DNA of 29,315 bases from a virus (Duplodnaviria; Caudoviricetes), in the IMG/VR virus record IMGVR_UViG_3300043039_000142, positions 1-29,315 of that record. One strand, written 5' to 3'. The stretch's first letter is position 1; each line of letters opens with the position of its first letter. Both the position numbers and the translations under genes were made by a program. The notes beneath the pieces are model-generated. The model saw only the letters and a list, made by a program, of their open reading frames with translations. It was not told where the DNA came from and made no database searches. Shown here in pieces: positions 16,353-25,551 of the stretch.

Positions 16353-16613
16353 ATGTTAGTAACTACTGAGGAACATAAAATAATTAAAAACATATTGAAT
16401 ATGACATTTTGTATAGAAAAATATGACGCAGTTTTTGATTATTCAAGTCAAATACCATCTATTGAAGTTAGAGTAACACAAAAATGTAAGTGTCCTACTT
16501 GCTCAACAGGACACACTGAAACAATATATTCTGAAACAATATATCTTGATAGAGATGAAAATCTTGAAGAAACATTAAATAAAGTTTTAGATGAAGTATC
16601 AAATTTCTGTTGA
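16353..16613 (+). CDS. Small protein with CxCxxC motif (86 aa)
   Basis: AAGGA RBS; CKCPTC. Confidence 0.75.
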   Translation: MLVTTEEHKIIKNILNMTFCIEKYDAVFDYSSQIPSIEVRVTQKCKCPTCSTGHTETIYSETIYLDRDENLEETLNKVLDEVSNFC

Positions 16614-16618
16614 AAAAT

Positions 16619-16663
16619 AAATCAAATCCTTAATTGGATTTGGTTTTTTATTTTTTTTTTTTT
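16619..16663 (+). terminator. Intrinsic terminator ending the RNA polymerase operon
   Basis: AAATCAAATCC-TTAATT-GGATTTGGTTT followed by a long poly-T tract. Confidence 0.75.
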
Positions 16664-16698
16664 GATAGAAAAGAAAAGAAAAATACAAAAGGATTTAT

Positions 16699-17130
16699 AT
16701 GAATTTTAACAAACATACTTTAAATACATTAATGAAACAAAAAGATACTTTGATTGCAATTCCTTGTTTAAGTGAAGAAAATACTGAAAGATTTTCTGGA
16801 TGGAATAACACAAAAATAGAATATTGCTTTATAAATAATGATTCTGCAGTTTTCTCAATAACATCAGATGATTTTACAGAAATGGTATTTAACGCTGAAC
16901 TTCCAATGGATACTGGAAATAAAATATTTTGCGAAGATGAAAACTATTATTTTCGTGTTATGGAAACTAAAGTAATAAATATAAAAAAATTATCAAAAGA
17001 AGAAGAAATAGAATTATGTAAAGAATATAAATATCTAGACATTAAACTATTAGCTAAGGATTTAAACATAAATTATAATGAAAATCATCCTATTTTTTTA
17101 TATAGATTAAAATATAAAAAATTAAAATGA
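16699..17130 (+). CDS. Hypothetical protein (143 aa)
   Basis: AAGGA RBS; ORF track. Confidence 0.7.
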   Translation: MNFNKHTLNTLMKQKDTLIAIPCLSEENTERFSGWNNTKIEYCFINNDSAVFSITSDDFTEMVFNAELPMDTGNKIFCEDENYYFRVMETKVINIKKLSKEEEIELCKEYKYLDIKLLAKDLNINYNENHPIFLYRLKYKKLK

Positions 17131-17264
17131 AAAAAAAATTAGCTTATTTTATAATATTTATATTTGTATTAATATCAATATTTACTGAACATTTTTGGAT
17201 AATATTATTTTCATTGATTGTAATATCTTCTCAAGACTTTAAAAACTTCTGTAAAAAGGAATAA
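17127..17264 (+). CDS. Small membrane peptide (45 aa; not in ORF track)
   Basis: ATGA overlap; MKKKLAYFIIFIFVLISIFTEHFWIILFSLIVISSQDFKNFCKKE. Confidence 0.55.
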   Translation: MKKKLAYFIIFIFVLISIFTEHFWIILFSLIVISSQDFKNFCKKE

Positions 17265-17330
17265 AAAAAGATAATAGTATTTTTAATAATATAGATTCAG
17301 TTAAACTAAAAAAATTAATAGGAGACAAGT

Positions 17331-17555
17331 ATGATAATTGATAAAGAATTTGTTGCAAAAGCTGTATTACGAATAGATGAATTACAAAATGATATGATTA
17401 ATAAATCTAATTCAATACCAGGTATAAAAAGCTACATTAAAAAAGAAATGAGTTGTTTTTTAAAATCTACAGGTAAAATAGACCAAAGACTGAAAGATAA
17501 TAAAAGTATTCAAGATAATACAAAAAGTGTAAAAACTTCTTCAAAAAAGGAATAA
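17331..17555 (+). CDS. Hypothetical protein (74 aa)
   Basis: AGGAG RBS; ORF track. Confidence 0.65.
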   Translation: MIIDKEFVAKAVLRIDELQNDMINKSNSIPGIKSYIKKEMSCFLKSTGKIDQRLKDNKSIQDNTKSVKTSSKKE

Positions 17556-17660
17556 AATGACTAAAAAAGAATGGATAGAATTAATGAAAATTGAAAGATA
17601 ATTATCTAGATAGCTATGAATTTTTTACACAAACAATAATAAAATTTTAAAGGAAAAACT

Positions 17661-17786
17661 ATGCCAGATTCATCAAACTCAAATCCAAATAATATCCAAG
17701 ACGGATATTTTGATATAGAAGAATATGAAACAAAATATGAAGCAGAAGAAGTTAATGTTCCATATTATATATCTGATGAAGAATAA
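17661..17786 (+). CDS. Small acidic peptide (41 aa; not in ORF track)
   Basis: AAGGA RBS; MPDSSNSNPNNIQDGYFDIEEYETKYEAEEVNVPYYISDEE. Confidence 0.55.
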   Translation: MPDSSNSNPNNIQDGYFDIEEYETKYEAEEVNVPYYISDEE

Positions 17787-17788
17787 TT

Positions 17789-18232
17789 ATGGAAGATTTT
17801 ATAATTATGATTCTTATATTCATTGCAGCATATTATTTTGTTTCTAAATATAATAAAGAAGAAATAGACTATGAAATCCATGAAAATGAATATAGATATG
17901 GAGCATCATCAAGTGGCAACTATGGCTCAAAAGATATAATTGGAAAAAATAATTTAATATATCAAAAAAATATAAATAGACAAGAATATATTGACTATTT
18001 AAATTCAGCAAAATGGTCTTCTTTAAAATTAGAAAGATTTGCAATTGATGAAGGAATCTGTAAAAGATGCTGTAAAAAAATACATATATCTAAATCAAAT
18101 TGTCATCATATACATTATGATAATTTTAAAGATGAATCTATTTATGACTTAGTAACTCTATGTATTCCATGTCATGAAAAAGTTCATAAACATCATGGAA
18201 AAAATGCTAAACAATACCCTATAAATTTTTAA
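17789..18232 (+). CDS. HNH endonuclease with N-terminal membrane anchor
   Basis: YLNSAKW...CKRC...HHIHY...DLVTLCIPCHEKVH; hydrophobic N-terminus. Confidence 0.85.
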   Translation: MEDFIIMILIFIAAYYFVSKYNKEEIDYEIHENEYRYGASSSGNYGSKDIIGKNNLIYQKNINRQEYIDYLNSAKWSSLKLERFAIDEGICKRCCKKIHISKSNCHHIHYDNFKDESIYDLVTLCIPCHEKVHKHHGKNAKQYPINF

Positions 18233-18341
18233 CATTTTTTCTATATTTTTCAATTAAAATCAAAACATGGAACTTCAATTTGAAATTTTTATAAAACATA
18301 AAAAATACTTCAAGTTGACTTCAAAATAAAAAAGGACAAAA

Positions 18342-18629
18342 ATGAAACATTTAATTTTATTAATTTTATTAATTATATATACAATATTAACATTTGATCT
18401 ATGGATTTTGCCAGCAATAATCACAACATCTATATATTTATTTTTATATGTTGCAGTCAGAGCTGATATAGAAAGCTATCCTATTCAGCTAAGAAAAAAA
18501 AGAGCAGAAATATTAGAAAACAATAAAGTATTTGTATTCTTTACTATATTAAAAAACTTATCGTTTATATACTTAGTCATATATATAATATATTTACTTA
18601 TTGAAAATTTTGGAGGAATATTAGGATGA
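18342..18629 (+). CDS. Membrane protein (95 aa)
   Basis: AAGGA RBS; hydrophobic segments. Confidence 0.7.
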   Translation: MKHLILLILLIIYTILTFDLWILPAIITTSIYLFLYVAVRADIESYPIQLRKKRAEILENNKVFVFFTILKNLSFIYLVIYIIYLLIENFGGILG

Positions 18630-19150
18630 AACCTAAAATAATTGAAGTCCATTCAATATCTGGTCAACAACAAGCATTTGAAGTTAAATATCCAGAAGGA
18701 ATGTCTAAAGTTTACTTTGTGACAAGCACTGGAATATCACATCATACAGATGTAACAAATATAAAAAAAATTTTAAAATATAGTATTGGTTTTAATGGAT
18801 ATCTTGAAATAGAGGCTCAGGCTCTTAATACACTTGATATGTTATTAAAATGTAAAGGTCTAGAGCCTTGGATGAGAAATCAATTGTTAAGTAAAAGCAA
18901 AACATGGGGAATGATACCATCTATTAGGGATAATCCTATTGATATAAAACCAATTAAAATAACTGAAAAAAGACAAACTAAAATACTTAATAAAGAAGAA
19001 ATAAACTATAAAAAAATTAGAAGACTAATGGATTCAATGAAAGAATATTGTGATGATAGCTTTGATGTTGATATAGAAACATTAATATCAACGCCAGACC
19101 ATCTCAGTAAAAATCAATTTGGATACGTTAAAAGAAAATATAGATTTTAA
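18626..19150 (+). CDS. Hypothetical protein (174 aa)
   Basis: GGAGG RBS; ATGA overlap. Confidence 0.75.
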   Translation: MKPKIIEVHSISGQQQAFEVKYPEGMSKVYFVTSTGISHHTDVTNIKKILKYSIGFNGYLEIEAQALNTLDMLLKCKGLEPWMRNQLLSKSKTWGMIPSIRDNPIDIKPIKITEKRQTKILNKEEINYKKIRRLMDSMKEYCDDSFDVDIETLISTPDHLSKNQFGYVKRKYRF

Positions 19151-19159
19151 GGAGAAAAA

Positions 19160-19519
19160 ATGAGTTCTGATTTAATTTTTGCACTTATTTTTATAATTAT
19201 CGTTTTTATTATTGGATATGTATTAAATCAATTTATTGTTATAAAATTATCACTTTTAATAAAAGGATATTCAAAAACAGAACAAAATGAAATTTTATCT
19301 ATTTGCAAATATAATAAATATCATATTCTATATTTTGATTTTAAAATATTAGATAAATTTACTTTCTTTGGAAAAATTTTAATATTATTAACATATTTAA
19401 TTTTAATAATATTGTCGCTTCCATCACTTATACTTATCGAAACTTACAAGATTATTCCATATTTAATATATAAAAAATCTTATCTAAAGGAGATTGAAAA
19501 TGAGAAGAATGTGAGATAA
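19160..19519 (+). CDS. Membrane protein (119 aa)
   Basis: AAGGAG RBS; two TM-like segments. Confidence 0.7.
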   Translation: MSSDLIFALIFIIIVFIIGYVLNQFIVIKLSLLIKGYSKTEQNEILSICKYNKYHILYFDFKILDKFTFFGKILILLTYLILIILSLPSLILIETYKIIPYLIYKKSYLKEIENEKNVR

Positions 19520-19529
19520 TTTACAAAAT

Positions 19530-20990
19530 TAATTCATGCGTATATAGAGCAACGGCTGATACCGTAGTGGCTATATGAACTTAAAGTATTAACATAACAT
19601 AGAATTAAGTAAACAATAATTGAGTCCTTAAGGGACCGCAAACATATTACTCGTAGACCAATTAGTAGGCTAAATGAACACTGTAATTGGCACAAATTAA
19701 AGTAAGCAATACATAAAAGAATATACCACTTAATAGGTATCATCGGGTTTATCAGATGTAATCGATAATCAGACGAGTGTACAGCGGCGAGCCATACTGT
19801 GACGTGGACGAAGTACACAAGTAGCAACACAATGAAAAGAGATAAGGAACCTTCTGACTAGATATAATTCGAACGAGAAGTGGGTGTATTTCCAAGTAAT
19901 TGTATTGTGAAAAACAAATACGGAATAGAGAAAATAGTGTAAGTTTTGAAAACATGTAATAAGAGCCTTACTAATTGAATAACAATGGTAATTCCGTAGT
20001 TTAACTAGTTCATTCACAAAACCGTATTATTGTACCGTTTTACGAGTGAATATACATGAATATAATCACCAAGTTATTTAACTTACTACTGTTATCAACC
20101 ATACAAACAAGATACCAACTGGCATAACCAGAAAGGATATGGCGTCCTTACCCAACGAATCCAGAACTGTGTATCAGATCACAGAATACATAAAGATAAA
20201 AAGACTGAAAACAATAATAACAAAAGACAAATAATAAAACAAAAAAGCACAAGAGGAAATCATAAACTTCCAAAGTACACAGAAGCTATTTGACTTGGGC
20301 TATAAAGAACCATAAGGGATCTAGTTTCATAAAATGACCGATGAACTCAGAAGTCTGACCTTAAAACTAAACCAGAGTACCAGTAACGCACAGGCTGGTT
20401 AAGCAAAGAGTGCACCATAAATATGATTTTGAAATTTCGGAGAATCAAATCCACTTCTTAGTACCAAACTTTTATTGTGAAAAATAAATTAAATACTAAT
20501 TTGTAGTAATATCTATAACCATATAAAAGATGTTACTGCAAACTAGTAAATGACTGGCTAGTTGACTAAGGGGAACATATAATGAACAAATTAACAAGAC
20601 GACGGGAAGTTATTCTGAGTGTAAATTTAACCTTACACAAGAGCCAGAGATGTAGTTTAAAGTCTAAAAACTATACTCTGGACAATTTAGTACTTACTTG
20701 AAGTTGTATCATTAGATATTATTTCAAGTCAGTAAAATGGTCAACTGACAAATAAAATAATAACGATATTTATATATACAAATTTCCATATTAAATTCAA
20801 GACCTAAGTTTTTAATATGGATTCAGAAATACCTTCATTCCTTATAAATGTTAATCCAGGCTAAATCTGGAAGGTATACTCAGATAATTATTCATCGTAC
20901 TCAGAATAATTATCGAACAACTAACCAGCAGCAAGTTTAATCATGCTAACCAGATTGCCCTCTGAAGTCACTGATTGCTTGTTGCCTACT
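19530..20990 (+). ncRNA. Candidate large structured non-coding RNA (about 1.45 kb; one RNA or tandem domains)
   Basis: No plus-strand ORF of 60 aa or more in an otherwise gene-dense block; visibly less AT-rich than flanks; many stems and long-range pairings whose wobbles are G:U on the plus strand. Confidence 0.65.
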
Positions 20991-21039
20991 ATTTATAAAA
21001 CAAATAAAATTAATAATCAAACAAATAAAAGGAAACATT

Positions 21040-21543
21040 ATGAGAAAAAAAGTAGGAAGTGATATTGCAACACAAGTAGGAATTATTGTTATGCAAGGAT
21101 GCAGAAATGGAACAACTGTATTGGAAATAAGACAAGAAGTTGAAAAACAATTTGGAAATGAAGTTGCACAATTAGTAAGCATTGAAACATTATCTAAAAC
21201 ATTACACTTTGTTAATGTATTGGATTCTATAGCAAATACTTTTATTGGTGAAGAAAAAGAAGAAAAAACTGAAACTATTTCATTAAAATCATTGATGGAA
21301 CAATCTTGTTATCCGTCTGAAAAAGATGAAGAAAAATATGAAGAAAACAATGACAAGTGCTTAAACAATTTATGCAAAGATGAAACAACTTCATCTGATA
21401 ACAATAAAGATGATAAAGAGAAATCAATTCTTGAGTTAATAGAAGAAATTGGTAGATTATCTAAACAAAAACTTCAACCACAAATTATAAGAATTTCAAG
21501 TCCAAAAGACTTAAAAAAATTCTTTGATAATTTTAATAAATAG
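21040..21543 (+). CDS. Hypothetical protein (167 aa)
   Basis: AAGGA RBS; immediately downstream of the ncRNA candidate. Confidence 0.75.
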   Translation: MRKKVGSDIATQVGIIVMQGCRNGTTVLEIRQEVEKQFGNEVAQLVSIETLSKTLHFVNVLDSIANTFIGEEKEEKTETISLKSLMEQSCYPSEKDEEKYEENNDKCLNNLCKDETTSSDNNKDDKEKSILELIEEIGRLSKQKLQPQIIRISSPKDLKKFFDNFNK

Positions 21544-21626
21544 GCAAAATGCCTATTTGTTTTGTTTAAATATATATTTTATATGATTAAACAAGACAAA
21601 TAATATTAAAGATAAGGAATAATATT

Positions 21627-22319
21627 ATGAAAGTAATAAAAACAATTATAAACACAGATGAATATCCTGAAAACGTATATATTATAGTAAATGAAAGTAA
21701 TTATGCAATAAAATTTAAAAATAAAAAAACAAGAGAAATAAAATTTTATTTTGAATCAATTAGCGAGATATTAAACTTAATAGATAAGTCAATAAAAACA
21801 GATGTTAAGGTTTCTGAATATAACAATATTATTTATCCACTTATTGAAAATATAGACATTAAAAAATTATCAAAAATACAAGATAAAATAAAAGATAAAA
21901 CAATAGAAACAATAGATAAATTAATTATTTTCAATTTTGAAGATGTAAAAATTAAAGATATATTTTACAATACAAGAGATTCTACTGTATATGAGTTAAA
22001 AAAAAGATCAAATATATTCGAAAGAAATAATGGAAGTAGAAGCTCATTTAGAGTAAATCTAATTGGAATCATAAATGGTAGAACAAGTCAAAATAATGAA
22101 AAGTATCCTGTAAAAACATTTTTTAAAACAAATAATAGACATAATATATTAACAAAATGTAAATATCTTGCAATAGATTTTTTAAAAAGAAGATCAATTG
22201 TTACATATGAAAATTTAAATTTCAATGAATGTAAAAAAATATTAATAGAAAAAGATATATCTTTAATATGTGAATGTGAATTGTGCAAAGAAAAAACAAA
22301 TCAAAAAAATAAGGAATGA
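21627..22319 (+). CDS. Hypothetical protein (230 aa)
   Basis: TAAGGA RBS; C-terminal CECELC. Confidence 0.7.
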   Translation: MKVIKTIINTDEYPENVYIIVNESNYAIKFKNKKTREIKFYFESISEILNLIDKSIKTDVKVSEYNNIIYPLIENIDIKKLSKIQDKIKDKTIETIDKLIIFNFEDVKIKDIFYNTRDSTVYELKKRSNIFERNNGSRSSFRVNLIGIINGRTSQNNEKYPVKTFFKTNNRHNILTKCKYLAIDFLKRRSIVTYENLNFNECKKILIEKDISLICECELCKEKTNQKNKE

Positions 22320-22322
22320 AAA

Positions 22323-22877
22323 ATGAAAAAATTAAATTTAGCATTAGCAATTTTAATATCAGCTGAAGCACATTTAAGTCAAATAGATAAATGTGGAAAA
22401 CCATATATTATTCATCCTTTAGCTGTAATGAATGAAACTCTAAACAGGTATCCAGAAGATGAAGAATTAGCATGCTGTGCAGTTCTACATGATGTCGTAG
22501 AAGATGCTGATTGGTTTTTAGAAATACTTGAAGAGAATAACCAATCATTTCCTTATAAAAAACCTGGTATAACAAAAATTACATACACAATTGCTAATCC
22601 AAAATGGGGACCAATTGAAATTTCTAAAAGACAGTATAACTGTATTAATGCATTAACACATATTGGAAACAGTAGATCAGATACTTATGATAAGTATATT
22701 TCAAATTTAATGGAAAATATAGATTCAATGATTATTAAACTATTTGATTTGGAACAAAATACAAAAGTTACTAGAATGATTGGGACTACAGAAAAAGATA
22801 TTAATCGATTAGAAAAATATTTTAAAAACTATGAAAAAATAAAAAATAAACTAGAAAAAATTAACAAAAATAAATAA
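22323..22877 (+). CDS. HD-domain hydrolase, RelA/SpoT hydrolase (small alarmone hydrolase/Mesh1)-like
   Basis: AH..Q.DK.GKPYIIHPL.V...AVLHDVVED...IKLFDLEQN. Confidence 0.85.
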   Translation: MKKLNLALAILISAEAHLSQIDKCGKPYIIHPLAVMNETLNRYPEDEELACCAVLHDVVEDADWFLEILEENNQSFPYKKPGITKITYTIANPKWGPIEISKRQYNCINALTHIGNSRSDTYDKYISNLMENIDSMIIKLFDLEQNTKVTRMIGTTEKDINRLEKYFKNYEKIKNKLEKINKNK

Positions 22878-22886
22878 GGACAAAAA

Positions 22887-23231
22887 ATGTATCAAGCAAA
22901 TGAAAAATTAATTAAATCAAATTTTAGAGAGGCAGCTATTGTTGCTTTTACAAAATTAGTAACTCAAACATGTGCAACAGTTAAAGCAAGAGAAGTTACA
23001 AATAAATCATATACTCGTGAGTTTGATTTATCAAAAGTTTATATAGCTACTTGGTCTTGCATTTGGAATAAACCATCAATACAATTAAAACAAAAAGGAT
23101 TGTATATTATTCAAAAAAATGATCAATTTGCATTAGTTGGAGTAATTGGAGAGCCAATAATTGAGTCTATTAATTATATATATAGATTAGAAGATTTACA
23201 AGTTACAGATGAAACAGTAACTATAGGATGA
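22887..23231 (+). CDS. Hypothetical protein (114 aa)
   Basis: TAAGGA RBS; ORF track. Confidence 0.7.
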   Translation: MYQANEKLIKSNFREAAIVAFTKLVTQTCATVKAREVTNKSYTREFDLSKVYIATWSCIWNKPSIQLKQKGLYIIQKNDQFALVGVIGEPIIESINYIYRLEDLQVTDETVTIG

Positions 23232-23235
23232 TAAC

Positions 23236-23535
23236 ATGTATCAGAATAATGTAAAGATACATGTTAATGGAAAAAGAATAAAGTTTTTTGATGAAATTGA
23301 AATAGTAAATTCATTAGTAATTGAATTTAAAGAACAATCAATCATGATGCAAACAAGCAGAGGAATTGAAGAAGTTGTAGTTAATTTACGAATGAGCACA
23401 GATGACGCTAAAGCTTTCTCGGAATGGCTATATAGTTTAACTCAAAAATTAACAATACCACATCTTATATATAACGGTATTTTTGTACCAAAAGAAGATA
23501 TAAAAAAATATAAAATAGGAAATAGAAATAAATAA
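23236..23535 (+). CDS. Hypothetical protein (99 aa)
   Basis: AGGA RBS; ORF track. Confidence 0.7.
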   Translation: MYQNNVKIHVNGKRIKFFDEIEIVNSLVIEFKEQSIMMQTSRGIEEVVVNLRMSTDDAKAFSEWLYSLTQKLTIPHLIYNGIFVPKEDIKKYKIGNRNK

Positions 23536-24154
23536 CAATATTGAAAATAAAGCAGAAACATTATTTGAAACAGGAAAAAAATTTTTAACAATTAAAAAGG
23601 CACCAAGCTGTAATTTTTATTATACAGAAAGACTTGGAGTTGATTCTGTATCAATTGTTTTAGTAGAAAATGATAAAAATAATAATCCAATTAGAGTTGG
23701 ACTAATAAATGAGGCAAAACCTCCATTCTCAGAAAGAGAAAACTCTGAAATGTCATTTCATACAACTGCACTTGGTGGAAGTTTATTTGATATGGTTGAT
23801 ACTGCTGAATATCTAAAAATGTCTCATGAAGAACAACTAAAAATAGCAACTGAAACTGTTATAAATGAAGTTAGAGAAGAAGCTGGATACAATATTAAGC
23901 CAGAACAAGCTGTATTTTGTAGAAAAGTAATGTTCAATTCAATGTCAAATGAATACACATGGCTCTTTGTAGTTGAAGTAAAAGAAGAAGACAAATGTGA
24001 GCCTGATCCACAAAATGAATTAGAAGCTCAAGCAGAAATTGTTTGGTCAGAAGGAAGCGAAAATATTATTAATGATTTATTCATGAATACAACTTGTGGT
24101 AAAACATTAGCAACTATGTTGTCATATGATGTTATATTAGAAGACAGAGAGTAG
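23528..24154 (+). CDS. Nudix hydrolase (ADP-ribose pyrophosphatase-like), probably starting at a non-ATG codon upstream of the tracked ORF
   Basis: Frame open from 23519; the upstream part encodes YTERLGVDSVSIVL...VGLINEAKPP; degenerate Nudix box GGSL...NEVREEAGY; AGGA RBS 7 nt before ATA at 23528. Confidence 0.7.
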   Translation: MNNNIENKAETLFETGKKFLTIKKAPSCNFYYTERLGVDSVSIVLVENDKNNNPIRVGLINEAKPPFSERENSEMSFHTTALGGSLFDMVDTAEYLKMSHEEQLKIATETVINEVREEAGYNIKPEQAVFCRKVMFNSMSNEYTWLFVVEVKEEDKCEPDPQNELEAQAEIVWSEGSENIINDLFMNTTCGKTLATMLSYDVILEDRE

Positions 24155-24160
24155 ATAATT

Positions 24161-24406
24161 ATGTTTGAAATAATAACATTATATCTATGTGGATATGTCG
24201 CATCAATAATTATGATATATAAAGCAAATTGTAAATTTGGACACGAAGATTGGTATGAGGAACCTATTCCATTGCCTGTTTCATTGTTTATATCTCTATT
24301 TTCCTGGATAATAATTGCATTATTCTTTGTTATTTATATGCTTAATAAATATAAAAAAAGCTTTGAATGGTACAAGGGTCCAAAAAGGAAGGAATATGAC
24401 ATTTGA
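24161..24406 (+). CDS. Membrane protein (81 aa)
   Basis: Two hydrophobic segments. Confidence 0.65.
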   Translation: MFEIITLYLCGYVASIIMIYKANCKFGHEDWYEEPIPLPVSLFISLFSWIIIALFFVIYMLNKYKKSFEWYKGPKRKEYDI

Positions 24407-24587
24407 AAAAAATATAGAAATTGAATTTAAAATGTATTCAGAACAAGATGGATATAAAATATTAGAAACATATCAAGATTTGCATGGGAAAAAAGAAGGT
24501 TTAAAAGCATTTTTAGAGCAAATAGCTTGGAATATAAAACAAAGAGCACTTGTAAACGGGCAAGAAGCTGTAGAAAAAGAACTTTAA
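24396..24587 (+). CDS. Hypothetical protein (63 aa, MTFEKNIE...)
   Basis: AAGGA RBS directly before ATG 24396, a better start than the tracked 24315. Confidence 0.65.
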   Translation: MTFEKNIEIEFKMYSEQDGYKILETYQDLHGKKEGLKAFLEQIAWNIKQRALVNGQEAVEKEL

Positions 24588-24622
24588 AAACAAAAAAAAT
24601 AATTAAAATTAGAGGAGAAATT

Positions 24623-24721
24623 ATGAATATTATCATGTTGGCTGATTCGTATAAATACGGACAATGGAAACAATATTATCCAACAATGCAAAGCATGTTT
24701 GATTATAATAACTCAATGTAA
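24623..24721 (+). pseudogene. nadV: Nicotinamide phosphoribosyltransferase (NAMPT/NadV-like) N-terminal remnant
   Basis: GAGGAG RBS; MNIIMLADSYKYGQWKQYYPTMQSMFDY matches the DSYK..(H/Q)..QY start of the family, but the frame stops after 32 codons. Confidence 0.7.
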
Positions 24722-24851
24722 AAATTGTGAAGCTACTGACGAATACTGGTCTCGGCATCCAGCTAATCCTTGTCCATATTGTGGAGATTTAGTTAGAAAA
24801 ATAGGTTCTGGAATACATGTAAACGGCTTTTGGTATCAAAGAAAAAACTAA
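24711..24851 (+). pseudogene. Zinc-ribbon protein C-terminal remnant without a start codon
   Basis: TQCKNCEATDEYWSRHPANPCPYCGDLVRKIGSGIHVNGFWYQRKN-stop, in a different frame from the nadV remnant. Confidence 0.55.
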
Positions 24852-24864
24852 CAGGAAGCATAAA

Positions 24865-25551
24865 ATGGAAAAATATCCAAAATGGATTGACAAATATGAT
24901 CAAAAAAAATATATACAAGAAAAAGATGGATATATAGAAGCATGTGGAGGAGATGGAACATTATTAAAAGCCATTTCTATGCACAGCAATAAAAACAAGC
25001 CATTTTATGGAATTGCTGCTGGAACTGAAAACTTCATGATGAATGAAAAAAATACAATTAATAATCCATCAAGAAATAGAGAAGAAGTAAAATTAAGTCT
25101 TATTAATGTAAGAGCAACATATGTGCATGAATCATATGATGAAACAATAAATATAGAAGCATTTAACGAACTTCATATTGGTTCGTTTGGAGGATGGATA
25201 GATTTTAAATTTAAAGATAAAGACAACATACTTGGCTCTACAAAAGGTGCAGGAATTATAATTAGTACAGCACAAGGAACAACTGGAATTAACAAAAACA
25301 ATGGAGGAACAATCCTTCCATTAAGTTCTAAAAATTGGTCAGTAACAAGTGTGCAATCAACTAGAAAACTAAATTATGTTTTAGAGCCTGAGATTGTTGA
25401 ATTAGAATGTTTCTCTAGAAATATGATAACTTTATCAATAGATGGACAAACAAAAATGGAAGCTAAACATTTTATAATTGAAATAAGCAAAGGGAAAGAA
25501 ATTGAATTAATTTTCGATGACTATGATAAATTTAAGCAAAAAAGACAATAA
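24865..25551 (+). CDS. nadK: NAD kinase family protein
   Basis: GGDGTLL, GTENFMMN, AFNE and GIIISTAQGTTGINKNNGG motifs. Confidence 0.88.
   Translation: MEKYPKWIDKYDQKKYIQEKDGYIEACGGDGTLLKAISMHSNKNKPFYGIAAGTENFMMNEKNTINNPSRNREEVKLSLINVRATYVHESYDETINIEAFNELHIGSFGGWIDFKFKDKDNILGSTKGAGIIISTAQGTTGINKNNGGTILPLSSKNWSVTSVQSTRKLNYVLEPEIVELECFSRNMITLSIDGQTKMEAKHFIIEISKGKEIELIFDDYDKFKQKRQ

Noticed and set aside
19534-20017. Three overlapping minus-strand ORFs in the ncRNA candidate
   Set aside because: Antisense to the surrounding block, no convincing RBS and unnatural composition.
19530-20990. Group I/II intron, RNase P RNA, tmRNA, CRISPR array or retron ncRNA
   Set aside because: No clear P7/S or domain V motifs, no interrupted host gene, no tRNA-like ends, no repeat-spacer period and no reverse transcriptase nearby. 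GAGGAAAT at 20253 only partly resembles the RNase P motif. A cmscan is needed to exclude these formally.
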